From positions 186,001-250,000 of IMG/VR virus record IMGVR_UViG_3300028558_000016: a stretch of 64,000 nt of DNA. One strand, written 5' to 3'. The notes under the pieces were generated by a model. The model made no database searches, was not told the origin of the DNA, and saw only the letters and a program-made list of their open reading frames with translations. The position numbers were made by a program, and so were the translations under genes. This document shows positions 55,151 through 64,000 of this stretch, piece after piece. Each line of letters opens with the position of its first letter. The stretch's first letter is position 1.

Positions 55151-55858
55151 ATGGGATTATTCTTTAAGGATGACGATGAAAAAAAGGAAGTAACGAAAAA
55201 GGATGAAAAAAAACCTATCGTTAACAACACGGCAAAAAAAATTCCTTTGTCGATTATGTCGATTAACAACAAAAACAACACTACGGACGACTCGGATTTT
55301 TCCAGCCAGTTCAACGGCACATCTTCCGTCGCAGGTGTGAAAAAACAGGAAATAGTTGAATACTTCGAAAAGATTTTTGAAGAGAACAATATTCCTGGAC
55401 CTGATTACTTTGAATTCAGGAAAGCTTTATTGAAGATGAAAAATGTTGCTCAGGATGATGCAACTAAAATCAAAACAGTTTTCATCGGATTTGAAGCGAT
55501 GGGATTAACTCCACAAAAACTTATAGAGACCACCGGTGTTTACAAAAAATTGTTTGCTGGAAAATTAACCCAATTCAATGGCGAACTTGAAAATGCGTTT
55601 AAAGAACAGATCGGAAAAAAACAAACACAGGTAGATGAGCTTTCAAAAGCCAACATCAAGATCGATGAAGAGATGCGTAAGCTTAATGAGCAAAAAATTG
55701 CAAATCAAAAAACTGCCGAAAATCTAAACGCGGAAATTCAGAAGAACACTTCTGAGTTAAGCACATCAAAAAATGATTTCCATGCAACATACGATGACCT
55801 AATCAAGGAAATTGATGGTCACGTTGATTTGTTCACTAAACACCTTTTAAATCAATAA
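55151..55858 (+). CDS. Soluble coiled-coil protein (gene 1 of the membrane module)
   Basis: PGPDYFEFRKAL then a long coiled coil. Confidence 0.75.
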   Translation: MGLFFKDDDEKKEVTKKDEKKPIVNNTAKKIPLSIMSINNKNNTTDDSDFSSQFNGTSSVAGVKKQEIVEYFEKIFEENNIPGPDYFEFRKALLKMKNVAQDDATKIKTVFIGFEAMGLTPQKLIETTGVYKKLFAGKLTQFNGELENAFKEQIGKKQTQVDELSKANIKIDEEMRKLNEQKIANQKTAENLNAEIQKNTSELSTSKNDFHATYDDLIKEIDGHVDLFTKHLLNQ

Positions 55859-55895
55859 TCACAAATATAAATCATCAACAAAAACCAAATCAAAT

Positions 55896-56921
55896 ATGCA
55901 AACAATTGGATCAGGGGAACCAAAACCCCATTGGATGGAAAAAATAATCCGCTTGGCAATACCAGCAGGATTAATATGGGGAGGTATAAAGCTGTTCAAT
56001 GCTTTTGCTCCCACGTTAATTGAATTCTTCAACAACTTCTGGCACATCGTGCTTGTTGGAGCTCCGGCAGTGTTTCTTACATTGTTCGTTTTACAAAATC
56101 CAACATTCTTATGGATGGGTTATAAAACGCTTTGTCGTAAGATAACTTCCTTCTTTATTAAAATGGATCCGCTGTCATTCATGGACAGATATGTGGATCT
56201 TTTGAAAATGAAAAGAAAAGGCTTGCAAGCAAGCAAAACAAGTCTCAATGCAAATAAGATTCAGCTCGAACGCGATATGGCAGATCTTAAAAAGAACATT
56301 GATGAAAAAATGCGTATGTCCAAGGCCGCAAAAAATTTGGGCGACACCGAAGAAGCAAGTCATCAAGCAGGTATTGCGATGACGGACAAAGGCTCATACG
56401 ATTTGTATGCACCAATTCTCCACAAAATGGAAAGCAATCTTGTATTCCTTACTAAGCTGGATGAAAACTGGGGTCGTTCAATAGAAAAGCTTTCTCACAC
56501 CGTTGAAGCTAAACGTAAAGAATTTACCACGTTGAAAAAAATGGCTAAGGCTCTTAACTTCGCAGAAGAGTTTGCCAAAGGAGATACAGAAGCAAATCGC
56601 ATCTACAAAGAATCTGTGTTAGCATTGGAAGAAAAAGTAACACAAAGTCTTGCATACATTGAACAATTTGAAACAGACTCAAAAGGAGTTATGAAATCAA
56701 TTGATCTTGAAAAACAAATGCAAAACGATGAAGGATTAGAAATGCTTGCTCAATACGAACAAAACGGTTCATTGTTCTTGGATGAAGATTATAGCAAGTA
56801 CAGAATGGAAATTGACCCTAACAAGGATTTATTTTCCAAAGCAAATGCAAATGCAAAAAATAATTTTGCCGATGCAAGCAAAAACAAAAGCACTGAATTC
56901 AGTAGCTTCTTAAAAAAGTAA
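55896..56921 (+). CDS. Two-TM + long coiled-coil protein, PspA/IM30-like architecture (gene 2)
   Basis: N-terminal hydrophobic pair then about 250 aa of helical sequence. Confidence 0.65.
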   Translation: MQTIGSGEPKPHWMEKIIRLAIPAGLIWGGIKLFNAFAPTLIEFFNNFWHIVLVGAPAVFLTLFVLQNPTFLWMGYKTLCRKITSFFIKMDPLSFMDRYVDLLKMKRKGLQASKTSLNANKIQLERDMADLKKNIDEKMRMSKAAKNLGDTEEASHQAGIAMTDKGSYDLYAPILHKMESNLVFLTKLDENWGRSIEKLSHTVEAKRKEFTTLKKMAKALNFAEEFAKGDTEANRIYKESVLALEEKVTQSLAYIEQFETDSKGVMKSIDLEKQMQNDEGLEMLAQYEQNGSLFLDEDYSKYRMEIDPNKDLFSKANANAKNNFADASKNKSTEFSSFLKK

Positions 56922-56983
56922 CAAATCAAAAATAAATAAAAACAAAAACAAGTAGTAATCATCAACAATTAAAAAAACAAATC

Positions 56984-58819
56984 ATGAAAGACAAAATCAC
57001 GTACTTTTTAAAAGAATCAACAGTCTTCACTAAATTCTTAGTGGTAGTAGGCTTAGTTGGAATCGTTTGGGGCTTTAAATATGCATGGGAAACATGGATG
57101 CCTAAACCAACAGTTAAAACGGAAGTAATCGCAGTAAACGATCTTCCACCGTTAGCGTACGATAAAAACGCAAACGCAATTTCGCGTCCTTTACCTGACA
57201 CCATTAACCTTAGCGAGGTTGGTGCACCGTTCCAATTGAGAGCGGAAATCATGGGATGGAACGCGCAAGCCGGAGTAGCATACGCAAATGGTGGAGCACA
57301 AACAATGGCAAAATCAATCATGGAAGAACAAGGTGTTCGTCTTAACTTGATCTGTCAAAACAATTGCGGTAAACAAGGTGAGGATGTATTTGCATTCGCA
57401 CAAGAATATGCTAAAGGAAGTAAAACATCCGCAAAAGGATGTCACATGATTGCCTGGATGGGTGATGGAGTTCCATCTTACTTGCAGGACTTAAACGAAC
57501 GCATCAAAAAACAAATTGGTGAAGAATACATCTTACAAGTGTTCGCAACGTTCGGTGCTTCTTTCGGTGAAGATAAAGCAATCTTCGAAAACGGTTCATT
57601 CAAACAAGATCCTCAAAAATTACGCGGTTCATTATGGTGCGGTGTTATTCGTGATGGAGATTGGAACATCTTAATGAAATATGCAGACATGAACCAAATT
57701 CCAGTAAACACAGATCTTACAACTTACGATCCTACCGGTATTAATTGGATGCAAGCTCCTGATTTCGATTACACGAAAGCTGCTCAACAATATGTTGCTC
57801 GCACAAAAGAAAAACGTGAAATCGTTATAAATGGAAAACGTACAGGCCGTGACACTACAGTTGCAGTTAATGGTTGTGTTACATGGTTCCCTGGTGATCA
57901 AGTTGCTTTCCAAGGTCGTGGCGGTGTAACAGTTGCTTCAACTAAAGATTTTGGTGCTCAAATGGCAAACACTTGGTTAGCTCCAAAGAAATGGTTACAA
58001 GACAATCGCGCATACGTTGAGAAATTTATTTATGCCGGTTTATTAGGTGGAGATCAAGTTAAATCTCATAGTTCAGCTCTTGCATTTGGTTGCCGTGTTG
58101 AAACTGCTATCTATGCTGATGCTACAATGAAAGCTTCTGATTGGGAAAATGCATTCAAAGGAATGCAATATACCGATGCAAATGGAAACATGTGCGAAAT
58201 CGGTGGTTCACGTGTATTCAACTTATCGGATGCTGCTGAGTATTATGGATTAACAAATGGTGGAACTGACAAATATGCTGCGGTGTATTCTACATTCGGT
58301 GATCTTTGTGTTAAGGCATATCCTAAAGACGTTCCAAAATATCCTGCTTATGAAGAAGTAGTTGATTTAAGCTACATCACAGAAGTTTACACCAAGAACA
58401 AAGGGTCAAACACTTCAGTTGCTTCAATGCCAACATTCAAAGAAGGTCAAACAATGACATCATCGTTTTCTTCTAAGAAAGTTTCCATTGAATTTGACTT
58501 AGGTAGCGCAACAATCAAGCCTTCATCTTATGCTACATTACAAGGCATTGCAAACGATTTCATCGTTGCTGAAGGTTTACTTGCAACTATCGAAGGTCAT
58601 ACTGACAACACTGGAAATGCTGATGCTAACATGAACCTATCTCAACAACGTGCTGATGCCGTTAAGAATTGGTTGATGAATAAAAATCCTAAGTTATTCA
58701 AAAACAAAATCACTTCGGTTGGTTACGGACAAGATCGTCCAGTTGATCCAAACGCAGACAACAACAATGCTTCTAATAGAGCACACAATCGTCGCGTTGA
58801 AATTAAACTTGGCCACTAA
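56984..58819 (+). CDS. ABC-type substrate-binding domain fused to an OmpA C-terminal peptidoglycan-binding domain (gene 3)
   Basis: N-terminal TM; IEGHTDNTG, LSQQRADAV, GYGQDRP, NRRVEI. Confidence 0.85.
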   Translation: MKDKITYFLKESTVFTKFLVVVGLVGIVWGFKYAWETWMPKPTVKTEVIAVNDLPPLAYDKNANAISRPLPDTINLSEVGAPFQLRAEIMGWNAQAGVAYANGGAQTMAKSIMEEQGVRLNLICQNNCGKQGEDVFAFAQEYAKGSKTSAKGCHMIAWMGDGVPSYLQDLNERIKKQIGEEYILQVFATFGASFGEDKAIFENGSFKQDPQKLRGSLWCGVIRDGDWNILMKYADMNQIPVNTDLTTYDPTGINWMQAPDFDYTKAAQQYVARTKEKREIVINGKRTGRDTTVAVNGCVTWFPGDQVAFQGRGGVTVASTKDFGAQMANTWLAPKKWLQDNRAYVEKFIYAGLLGGDQVKSHSSALAFGCRVETAIYADATMKASDWENAFKGMQYTDANGNMCEIGGSRVFNLSDAAEYYGLTNGGTDKYAAVYSTFGDLCVKAYPKDVPKYPAYEEVVDLSYITEVYTKNKGSNTSVASMPTFKEGQTMTSSFSSKKVSIEFDLGSATIKPSSYATLQGIANDFIVAEGLLATIEGHTDNTGNADANMNLSQQRADAVKNWLMNKNPKLFKNKITSVGYGQDRPVDPNADNNNASNRAHNRRVEIKLGH

Positions 58820-58827
58820 GAAATATG

Positions 58828-58855
58828 GAAAAGGGCTTCGGCCCTTTTCTTTTTT
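58828..58855 (+). terminator. Internal terminator with cUUCGg loop
   Basis: gaaaagggc-ttcg-gcccttttc followed by a U-tract. Confidence 0.8.
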
Positions 58856-58873
58856 CCTCTAATCTTGTGTAGT

Positions 58874-59683
58874 ATGAAACAGTTAAAGATGCTTAGGCAG
58901 ACAGCCATTGATGTGACCACTCCAAATAAAACAATTGGAGGTTCGTCAAAAAATTCCATATTCGCATTTTGGATTTGTTCCACCATGTTGTTATGGTTCT
59001 TGACAGGATCAAAACTTCTTCCATCGCCAATGGATATTCTAACGGCATTGAAGATGATGATCGTGGATAAGAATTTCATAGGTGAGCTTTTGACAAGCAC
59101 CACCTTTTGTATGAAGGCAATGGGATATGCAATTGTCGTATCATTCATTGTAGCATACCTCTCAGTGCTTCCAATATTTAGACCTATATGTGCATTCGTT
59201 GCTAAAGCAAGATTCTTAAGCACAGCAGGTTTGACGTTCTTTGTTGGAGAAATAACCCCAGACAGCGGAGTTAAAAAACTCGTAATGCTTTCGTTTGTCA
59301 TCACTGTATTTCTTGTTACTTCCATGCTCGCAGTAGTTATGGATGTTAAGAAGGATGATCTTGATTATGCAAGAACATTGAGAATGAATGAATGGAAAGC
59401 CGTATGGGCAGTAATAATTAGAGGAAAGATCGATATGATGTTTGAAGTGATAAGACAAAATTTTGCCATTGCCTGGATGATGCTTGCCATGTCGGAAAGC
59501 TTATGCAGGGCAGAAGGTGGGATAGGAATATTATTGACAGACACAGACAAACATTTCCACCTCGATGAGGTATTTGGAATTCAACTTGTGGTGTTATGTG
59601 TTGGTATGTTCTTTGATTGGTCACTTAGAAAAATCAGAGCTTGGTTCTTTCCATATTCAGTGCTTAAACTTGAAAGGAAGTAA
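58874..59683 (+). CDS. ABC transporter permease, SsuC/TauC-like (gene 4)
   Basis: LLPSPMDI; several TMs; LAMSESL...GGIGILL. Confidence 0.85.
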   Translation: MKQLKMLRQTAIDVTTPNKTIGGSSKNSIFAFWICSTMLLWFLTGSKLLPSPMDILTALKMMIVDKNFIGELLTSTTFCMKAMGYAIVVSFIVAYLSVLPIFRPICAFVAKARFLSTAGLTFFVGEITPDSGVKKLVMLSFVITVFLVTSMLAVVMDVKKDDLDYARTLRMNEWKAVWAVIIRGKIDMMFEVIRQNFAIAWMMLAMSESLCRAEGGIGILLTDTDKHFHLDEVFGIQLVVLCVGMFFDWSLRKIRAWFFPYSVLKLERK

Positions 59684-59685
59684 TT

Positions 59686-60513
59686 ATGTTAGGACAGTCA
59701 TATACATTAGGTGAAGACATTCTCAATGTAGAGAATGTTTCCCTTGAGCTTGGTGGAAAACTCATATTGAGAGACATCAATATAAACATTAAGGACGTAA
59801 TTCGTCCGAACACAGGACCAACAGGTCAGATCATTGGATTTCTTGGTCCATCTGGACGTGGAAAAACTCAACTATTTAAAATACTTGCAGGATTAAATAA
59901 ACCAACAACAGGACAAGTTCTTCTTGGAACTGAAAGGAAAATAGTTCAAACTGGAGATGTTGGAGTTGTTGCACAAAATTATCCGTTGTTTGAGTACTTA
60001 ACGGTTTGGGGGAATCTCGAACTTGTTGCGAAAGAAAAAACAAAAGCAGAAAAGAAAGAAAAAATTGAGTTCTATCTTGATCGTTTCAAGATGATGGAAC
60101 ATAAGGACAAATATCCTGCTCTATTATCTGGAGGACAAAGACAACGCGTAGCAATCATTCAACAAATGCTTTGTTCTGAATATTTCTTATTGATGGATGA
60201 ACCGTTTTCCGGTCTTGATCCATTGATGACGACGCAAGTTTGTCAAATGATAGAAACCGTTGCAAACATAAATGAGAAGAATACAATCATCATTGTGTCT
60301 CACGATATTCCATCTACAGTATCAATAGCTCAAACCATTTGGCTTCTTGGATATGATTATGATCCTCAAACAAAACAGCCAATACCTGGAGCAAGGATAA
60401 AATACGTTGAAAACCTTATGGATCGTGGATTGACATGGAAAGAAGATCTTGTGAACTCACCTGAATTCTTTTCATTTGTGAAAGATGTACGTAACACATT
60501 TAATGAACTGTAA
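59686..60513 (+). CDS. ABC transporter ATPase, TauB/NrtD-like (gene 5)
   Basis: GPSGRGKT, LSGGQRQR, LMDEPF, VSHD. Confidence 0.95.
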   Translation: MLGQSYTLGEDILNVENVSLELGGKLILRDININIKDVIRPNTGPTGQIIGFLGPSGRGKTQLFKILAGLNKPTTGQVLLGTERKIVQTGDVGVVAQNYPLFEYLTVWGNLELVAKEKTKAEKKEKIEFYLDRFKMMEHKDKYPALLSGGQRQRVAIIQQMLCSEYFLLMDEPFSGLDPLMTTQVCQMIETVANINEKNTIIIVSHDIPSTVSIAQTIWLLGYDYDPQTKQPIPGARIKYVENLMDRGLTWKEDLVNSPEFFSFVKDVRNTFNEL

Positions 60514-60515
60514 AC

Positions 60516-60740
60516 ATGGGAGAGCATATACCTCAATTGGAAATATTCACAGTGTACAACAATCCAAAGGATTATCCTGGCAAAGTAGTTGTTCGCAAAT
60601 TTGTAGGTGAGCAACCATCGCCAGATCCTTTGTGTGTTGTAGACACATTGGAAGAAGCTCGCAAAAAAATTCCGGCTGGATTATTCAGAATGGACAGAAT
60701 GCCTGAAGATGATGCGGCCATATTAGAAACATGGTTTTAA
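60516..60740 (+). CDS. Hypothetical protein
   Basis: ORF. Confidence 0.6.
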   Translation: MGEHIPQLEIFTVYNNPKDYPGKVVVRKFVGEQPSPDPLCVVDTLEEARKKIPAGLFRMDRMPEDDAAILETWF

Positions 60741-60750
60741 AAATATTATA

Positions 60751-61314
60751 ATGGAAAAAGAAGAAAAAGAAGAAAGTATTTCAATGTTAGAAAGAATTTT
60801 GCTTTCATCCAAATATCTGCTCATCCCGTTTTTCATGGGTTTGATGGTATCATTAGCAATTTACACCTACATTGACATTAAAGAAATATGGCACTTGTTC
60901 CACAAGGTCAAAGCTTTAGAGCCAAATGATGGAATGTTAATGTTGTTGGAAATAATAGACATTGCAATGGTAGCATTCTTGGTTAAGCTAATTATCGTAG
61001 GAAGTTATTCTTCTTTTTATAAGAAGAATGATGGAGGTGGAAAGAAAGTAGATCCAAACATAAATACAAGCTCAGGCGTATTGAAAGTTAAGATTGCGAC
61101 AGCATTAATAGGTGTTACATCGATCAATTTGTTAACCACATTCATTAAACCAGAAGAGGTGAGTATGGAAGCCTTTCAAAAGAAATTGGTAATACACGCA
61201 ACGTTCTTGATAGGAGCATTGGTATTAGCTGCGATAGATTGGATGCACGTTAAGGCAGAAGCAATACACCACCAGGATTGCATCTGTTGTAAAGAAAAAG
61301 GAATAACACATTAA
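60751..61314 (+). CDS. YqhA/UPF0114 family membrane protein
   Basis: SKYLLIPFFMGL; LEIIDIAMVA; LKVKIATALIGVTSINLL. Confidence 0.75.
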   Translation: MEKEEKEESISMLERILLSSKYLLIPFFMGLMVSLAIYTYIDIKEIWHLFHKVKALEPNDGMLMLLEIIDIAMVAFLVKLIIVGSYSSFYKKNDGGGKKVDPNINTSSGVLKVKIATALIGVTSINLLTTFIKPEEVSMEAFQKKLVIHATFLIGALVLAAIDWMHVKAEAIHHQDCICCKEKGITH

Positions 61315-61324
61315 CAATAACAAT

Positions 61325-61549
61325 ATGAAATTTGAAATCACTCTTGATGACGCAAAGGAGAAAGAGCTTTTGGAGATTATTAATAAACGCTTGGATGGGA
61401 TGAAAATCCTTAAGAGCGATACTAATACGAAGAAAGCACTTGTCCAATACATCGTGAACAAAGCTTTAAGTAAGAATGGCGACATTCTTTCTTCTACGCT
61501 GAAGAACATGAGTAATGGAGAATTCTTTGAACTAATCAAGAATTGTTGA
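61325..61549 (+). CDS. Hypothetical protein
   Basis: ORF. Confidence 0.6.
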   Translation: MKFEITLDDAKEKELLEIINKRLDGMKILKSDTNTKKALVQYIVNKALSKNGDILSSTLKNMSNGEFFELIKNC

Positions 61550-61554
61550 TGATG

Positions 61555-61589
61555 GGAGAGCGCTTTTGATTTGGCGCTCTCCTTTTTTT
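61555..61589 (+). terminator. Rho-independent terminator
   Basis: ggagagcgc/gcgctctcc stem followed by ttttttt. Confidence 0.8.
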
Positions 61590-61598
61590 CACTAAACC

Positions 61599-62138
61599 AT
61601 GAAAACATACAAACATAATCAAATACAGACAGACAACAAAGGAATAGAGATAGGAAGAAACTATGCCTATTTTGAAGAATTTCCAACTGTCATCGCTTGC
61701 ATCGTGGTCCTTGAAGATAATTCTGACGATGAATTCATAAAGCTTAAACTTAAAGTAGTAAAAGGGATCCATCCCACAATGCAAGGAAAAGAAGGACATA
61801 CATTTGATGTGTCAGCTAAACAAGGATTATATTATTATGCAGGAATGTGGACCATCAAAAATTTCAATGCAATCAATCTCGCCTCATCAATGAGTAAAGC
61901 AAAAACACCTGTGATGGAAATGGATCACGTAAAAAAGGTTTGTAAGGTTGGTGCAGGTGGAGGTCAATGTTGTAGATACTTAACTATGGGTGCAGATGGT
62001 TTTGAATGTGGAAGACTTAGTGAATCCATGACTAAGTTATTAGATGAAAGAGCAGACTCTGGACAGATGAATGCCATCAGTAAAAATTGTGATGGTTATG
62101 GAATTCATAATACAGATCATATAAAAGCAGCCAATTAG
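61599..62138 (+). CDS. Hypothetical protein with Cys-containing C-terminus
   Basis: QCCRYL...FECGR...NCDG. Confidence 0.65.
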   Translation: MKTYKHNQIQTDNKGIEIGRNYAYFEEFPTVIACIVVLEDNSDDEFIKLKLKVVKGIHPTMQGKEGHTFDVSAKQGLYYYAGMWTIKNFNAINLASSMSKAKTPVMEMDHVKKVCKVGAGGGQCCRYLTMGADGFECGRLSESMTKLLDERADSGQMNAISKNCDGYGIHNTDHIKAAN

Positions 62139-62319
62139 TCCATTTGGAAGATTTCCGCCTGGAAATTTAACTTATTGATTATCAACAAGTTACGCATTAT
62201 TCCACCAATTTTGATGAAATTATTTTTCTATATGGAACATATTTAGTAATTTTACATTGTTAAAGGAAAACAAATAACCTTAAAAATAAACAAAGTAAAA
62301 ATTAAAAAACAAAAAAGCC

Positions 62320-62958
62320 ATGAACAACAACAACGACACCAACGAAACAGGAACAGTAGCAACTTCAAACGAAACCGCTGCTTCAACCTCAACCGCAAAA
62401 AAGCCAGCTAAGAAAGCTGCAAAAAAACCGCATGTAACAAAACCTGCCGCTAAAAAACCTGCAGCAAAGAAACCTGCTAAAAAAACAGCAAGCAAACCTG
62501 CTGCTAAAAAACCGGCAAAAAAAGCTGCTAAGCCAGCTAAAAAAGTAGCTAAAAAACCTGCTGCTAAAAAACCATCAAAAAAATCAGGAAAACGTACAGC
62601 CGACAATTTCGATCGTAACTTCGGTCGCATCCGTTTCAACGGTGAGTCATTCTCAAAAGGCCGTGCAGTTCATGCAGTAATCGCTGCTTTTGCTGAAAAG
62701 AAAAAACCGACCGCTTCAGCGTTACAAGCTGCATTCCCGGCTGAGTTATTGAAAAACTACGGTATCGTACGCGAAGCTGCAAAAGCACGTCAATACAATG
62801 TAAATGGAAAAACCCGTTTCTTTGTTGACAGCGCGGACCTTATCAAAACAAAAGATGGAAAATCTTTTGCAGTGTGTAATCAATTCTCTACTGAGAACAT
62901 TAAACCATTCATCAAGCATGCGAAATCTTTAGGTTTCACCATGACTGCTGGAAAATAA
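62320..62958 (+). CDS. Histone H1-like (PAKK-repeat) protein with a globular C-terminal domain
   Basis: About ten (P/A)AKK repeats followed by a roughly 115-aa folded domain. Confidence 0.75.
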   Translation: MNNNNDTNETGTVATSNETAASTSTAKKPAKKAAKKPHVTKPAAKKPAAKKPAKKTASKPAAKKPAKKAAKPAKKVAKKPAAKKPSKKSGKRTADNFDRNFGRIRFNGESFSKGRAVHAVIAAFAEKKKPTASALQAAFPAELLKNYGIVREAAKARQYNVNGKTRFFVDSADLIKTKDGKSFAVCNQFSTENIKPFIKHAKSLGFTMTAGK

Positions 62959-62981
62959 TCAAAACCATCATCAACAAAATC

Positions 62982-63014
62982 AGAAGCCCAAATGAAAGTT
63001 TGGGCTTCTTTTTT
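62982..63014 (+). terminator. Rho-independent terminator
   Basis: agaagcccaaa/tttgggcttct stem followed by ttttt. Confidence 0.8.
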
Positions 63015-63029
63015 AAATTAAACCCAACC

Positions 63030-63356
63030 ATGAAAAAATTTAAACATCTGAATAGAATTTCCGGAGGATCACTTGGAATGTTCATTCTCAGCATAATTTT
63101 CTTATTCATAACAGTTTCATGCACAAGCGATGAAGCTGGAAATATCTACATAGGTGGAAAACCAAAAGATGCAGAGATCAATCCATTTAAGATCAAATTT
63201 CTGTTCACTAAGGATTGTTGCTCTGTGTATAGTTTTCAAGACGAAGGAACAACACATTACTTTTGTACAAGACCAGGATCCGTTGAAAGCCAGCATCAAG
63301 TTGGAAAAATAACCAAACATGAAATAACAGAAACCTTTAATAAAGAAACGCCATGA
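63030..63356 (+). CDS. Putative lipoprotein
   Basis: Hydrophobic stretch ending ITVSC. Confidence 0.55.
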   Translation: MKKFKHLNRISGGSLGMFILSIIFLFITVSCTSDEAGNIYIGGKPKDAEINPFKIKFLFTKDCCSVYSFQDEGTTHYFCTRPGSVESQHQVGKITKHEITETFNKETP

Positions 63357-63793
63357 AAAAAATAATAATTTTAATATGTTCATCCTTAGTTGTTGCGACA
63401 ACACTCTCTATCGTTTTTTTCTACTATGGACAAAATTCGGCAAAGCCTGAAATGGAAAAAATCCACAAGGAGCTTGATTCAACAAGAATGGAGCTTTCCA
63501 ATTTTCAGGGTCTGTCATTGGCCAAAACGAGATACATCGATTCTTTGAGCAAAGTGAATTTGCTTCTATCCAAATACAGAGCATTAACTGATGCAATGAC
63601 CTACAGGGATTCAATTAGAAAGCCATTGGAATTTAGGATAGGAGAGAATGTCAGAATGAAAAGAGACTCATCACGCGTTCTCGTGGATGACATAATAGTT
63701 GGTGGAGATAAATTCAGCTATTACATTAAATACATCATTGAGCATAAGGATAAATCATTGGAAACTGTTTCACCTGAAAAATTATACAAATGA
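63353..63793 (+). CDS. Membrane-anchored hypothetical protein
   Basis: N-terminal TM and coiled coil. Confidence 0.65.
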   Translation: MKKIIILICSSLVVATTLSIVFFYYGQNSAKPEMEKIHKELDSTRMELSNFQGLSLAKTRYIDSLSKVNLLLSKYRALTDAMTYRDSIRKPLEFRIGENVRMKRDSSRVLVDDIIVGGDKFSYYIKYIIEHKDKSLETVSPEKLYK

Positions 63794-64000
63794 AGAAGAT
63801 TTTCTTTTACATAGAAACGTATGTCTCAAATTTTCCGTGCTATTTAGCTCATGAAATTTCGCACATTATTTTCGTGTTCATATTTTGGATATTTGGGATT
63901 AATTCATTTCCAAAAATGATATGGAAAAGAAAAGCAAGCATGACAATAAACAAAGATCTAACAACTTCAATGCAATCTACATATTTGTTTGTTCAATACA
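63790..64000 (+). CDS. Membrane protein with HExxH, 3' partial
   Basis: LAHEISH within a hydrophobic segment; runs off the window. Confidence 0.45.
   Translation, partial: MKKIFFYIETYVSNFPCYLAHEISHIIFVFIFWIFGINSFPKMIWKRKASMTINKDLTTSMQSTYLFVQY

Noticed and set aside
408-63614. Numerous antisense and alternate-frame ORFs in the track (for example 5678-6040, 29045-29689, 62280-62639)
   Set aside because: They shadow longer motif-bearing genes on the other strand and have low-complexity translations
1-64000. Stop-codon reassignment as in some Bacteroidota phages
   Set aside because: Genes are full length under code 11; TGA closes many ATGA overlaps and TAG ends ORFs at 43373 and 62138

Overview
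A 64-kb, AT-rich, densely coded segment of a large T4-like (jumbo) myophage genome read in the standard genetic code. The host is inferred to be Bacteroidota, from TAnnTTTG promoter elements, A-rich start contexts without Shine-Dalgarno motifs, a DUF4494-like gene and a protein ending in a T9SS-type sorting domain. From left to right it holds: virion/tail genes (collagen-repeat fibre, gp3/gp19-fold protein); a short minus-strand island; two clusters of proteins sharing an N-terminal MKHIKLFE(E/N)F...E leader resembling the T4 capsid-targeting sequence; T4-like replication/recombination genes (RuvC-like, gp32 SSB, gp61 primase, UvsY-like, UvsW); a tmRNA with a 36-aa tag followed by an unexplained 340-nt structured non-coding stretch; and a long accessory region. 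The accessory region includes an HD-CoaD fusion, AAA ATPase, CYTH, dUTPase, ClpP, the N-terminal half of a split PolB, a holin-PAS fusion, an MBD4-like glycosylase, a five-gene coiled-coil/SBP-OmpA/ABC membrane module, YqhA and a histone H1-like protein. All family assignments come from motif recognition by eye; no searches were run.
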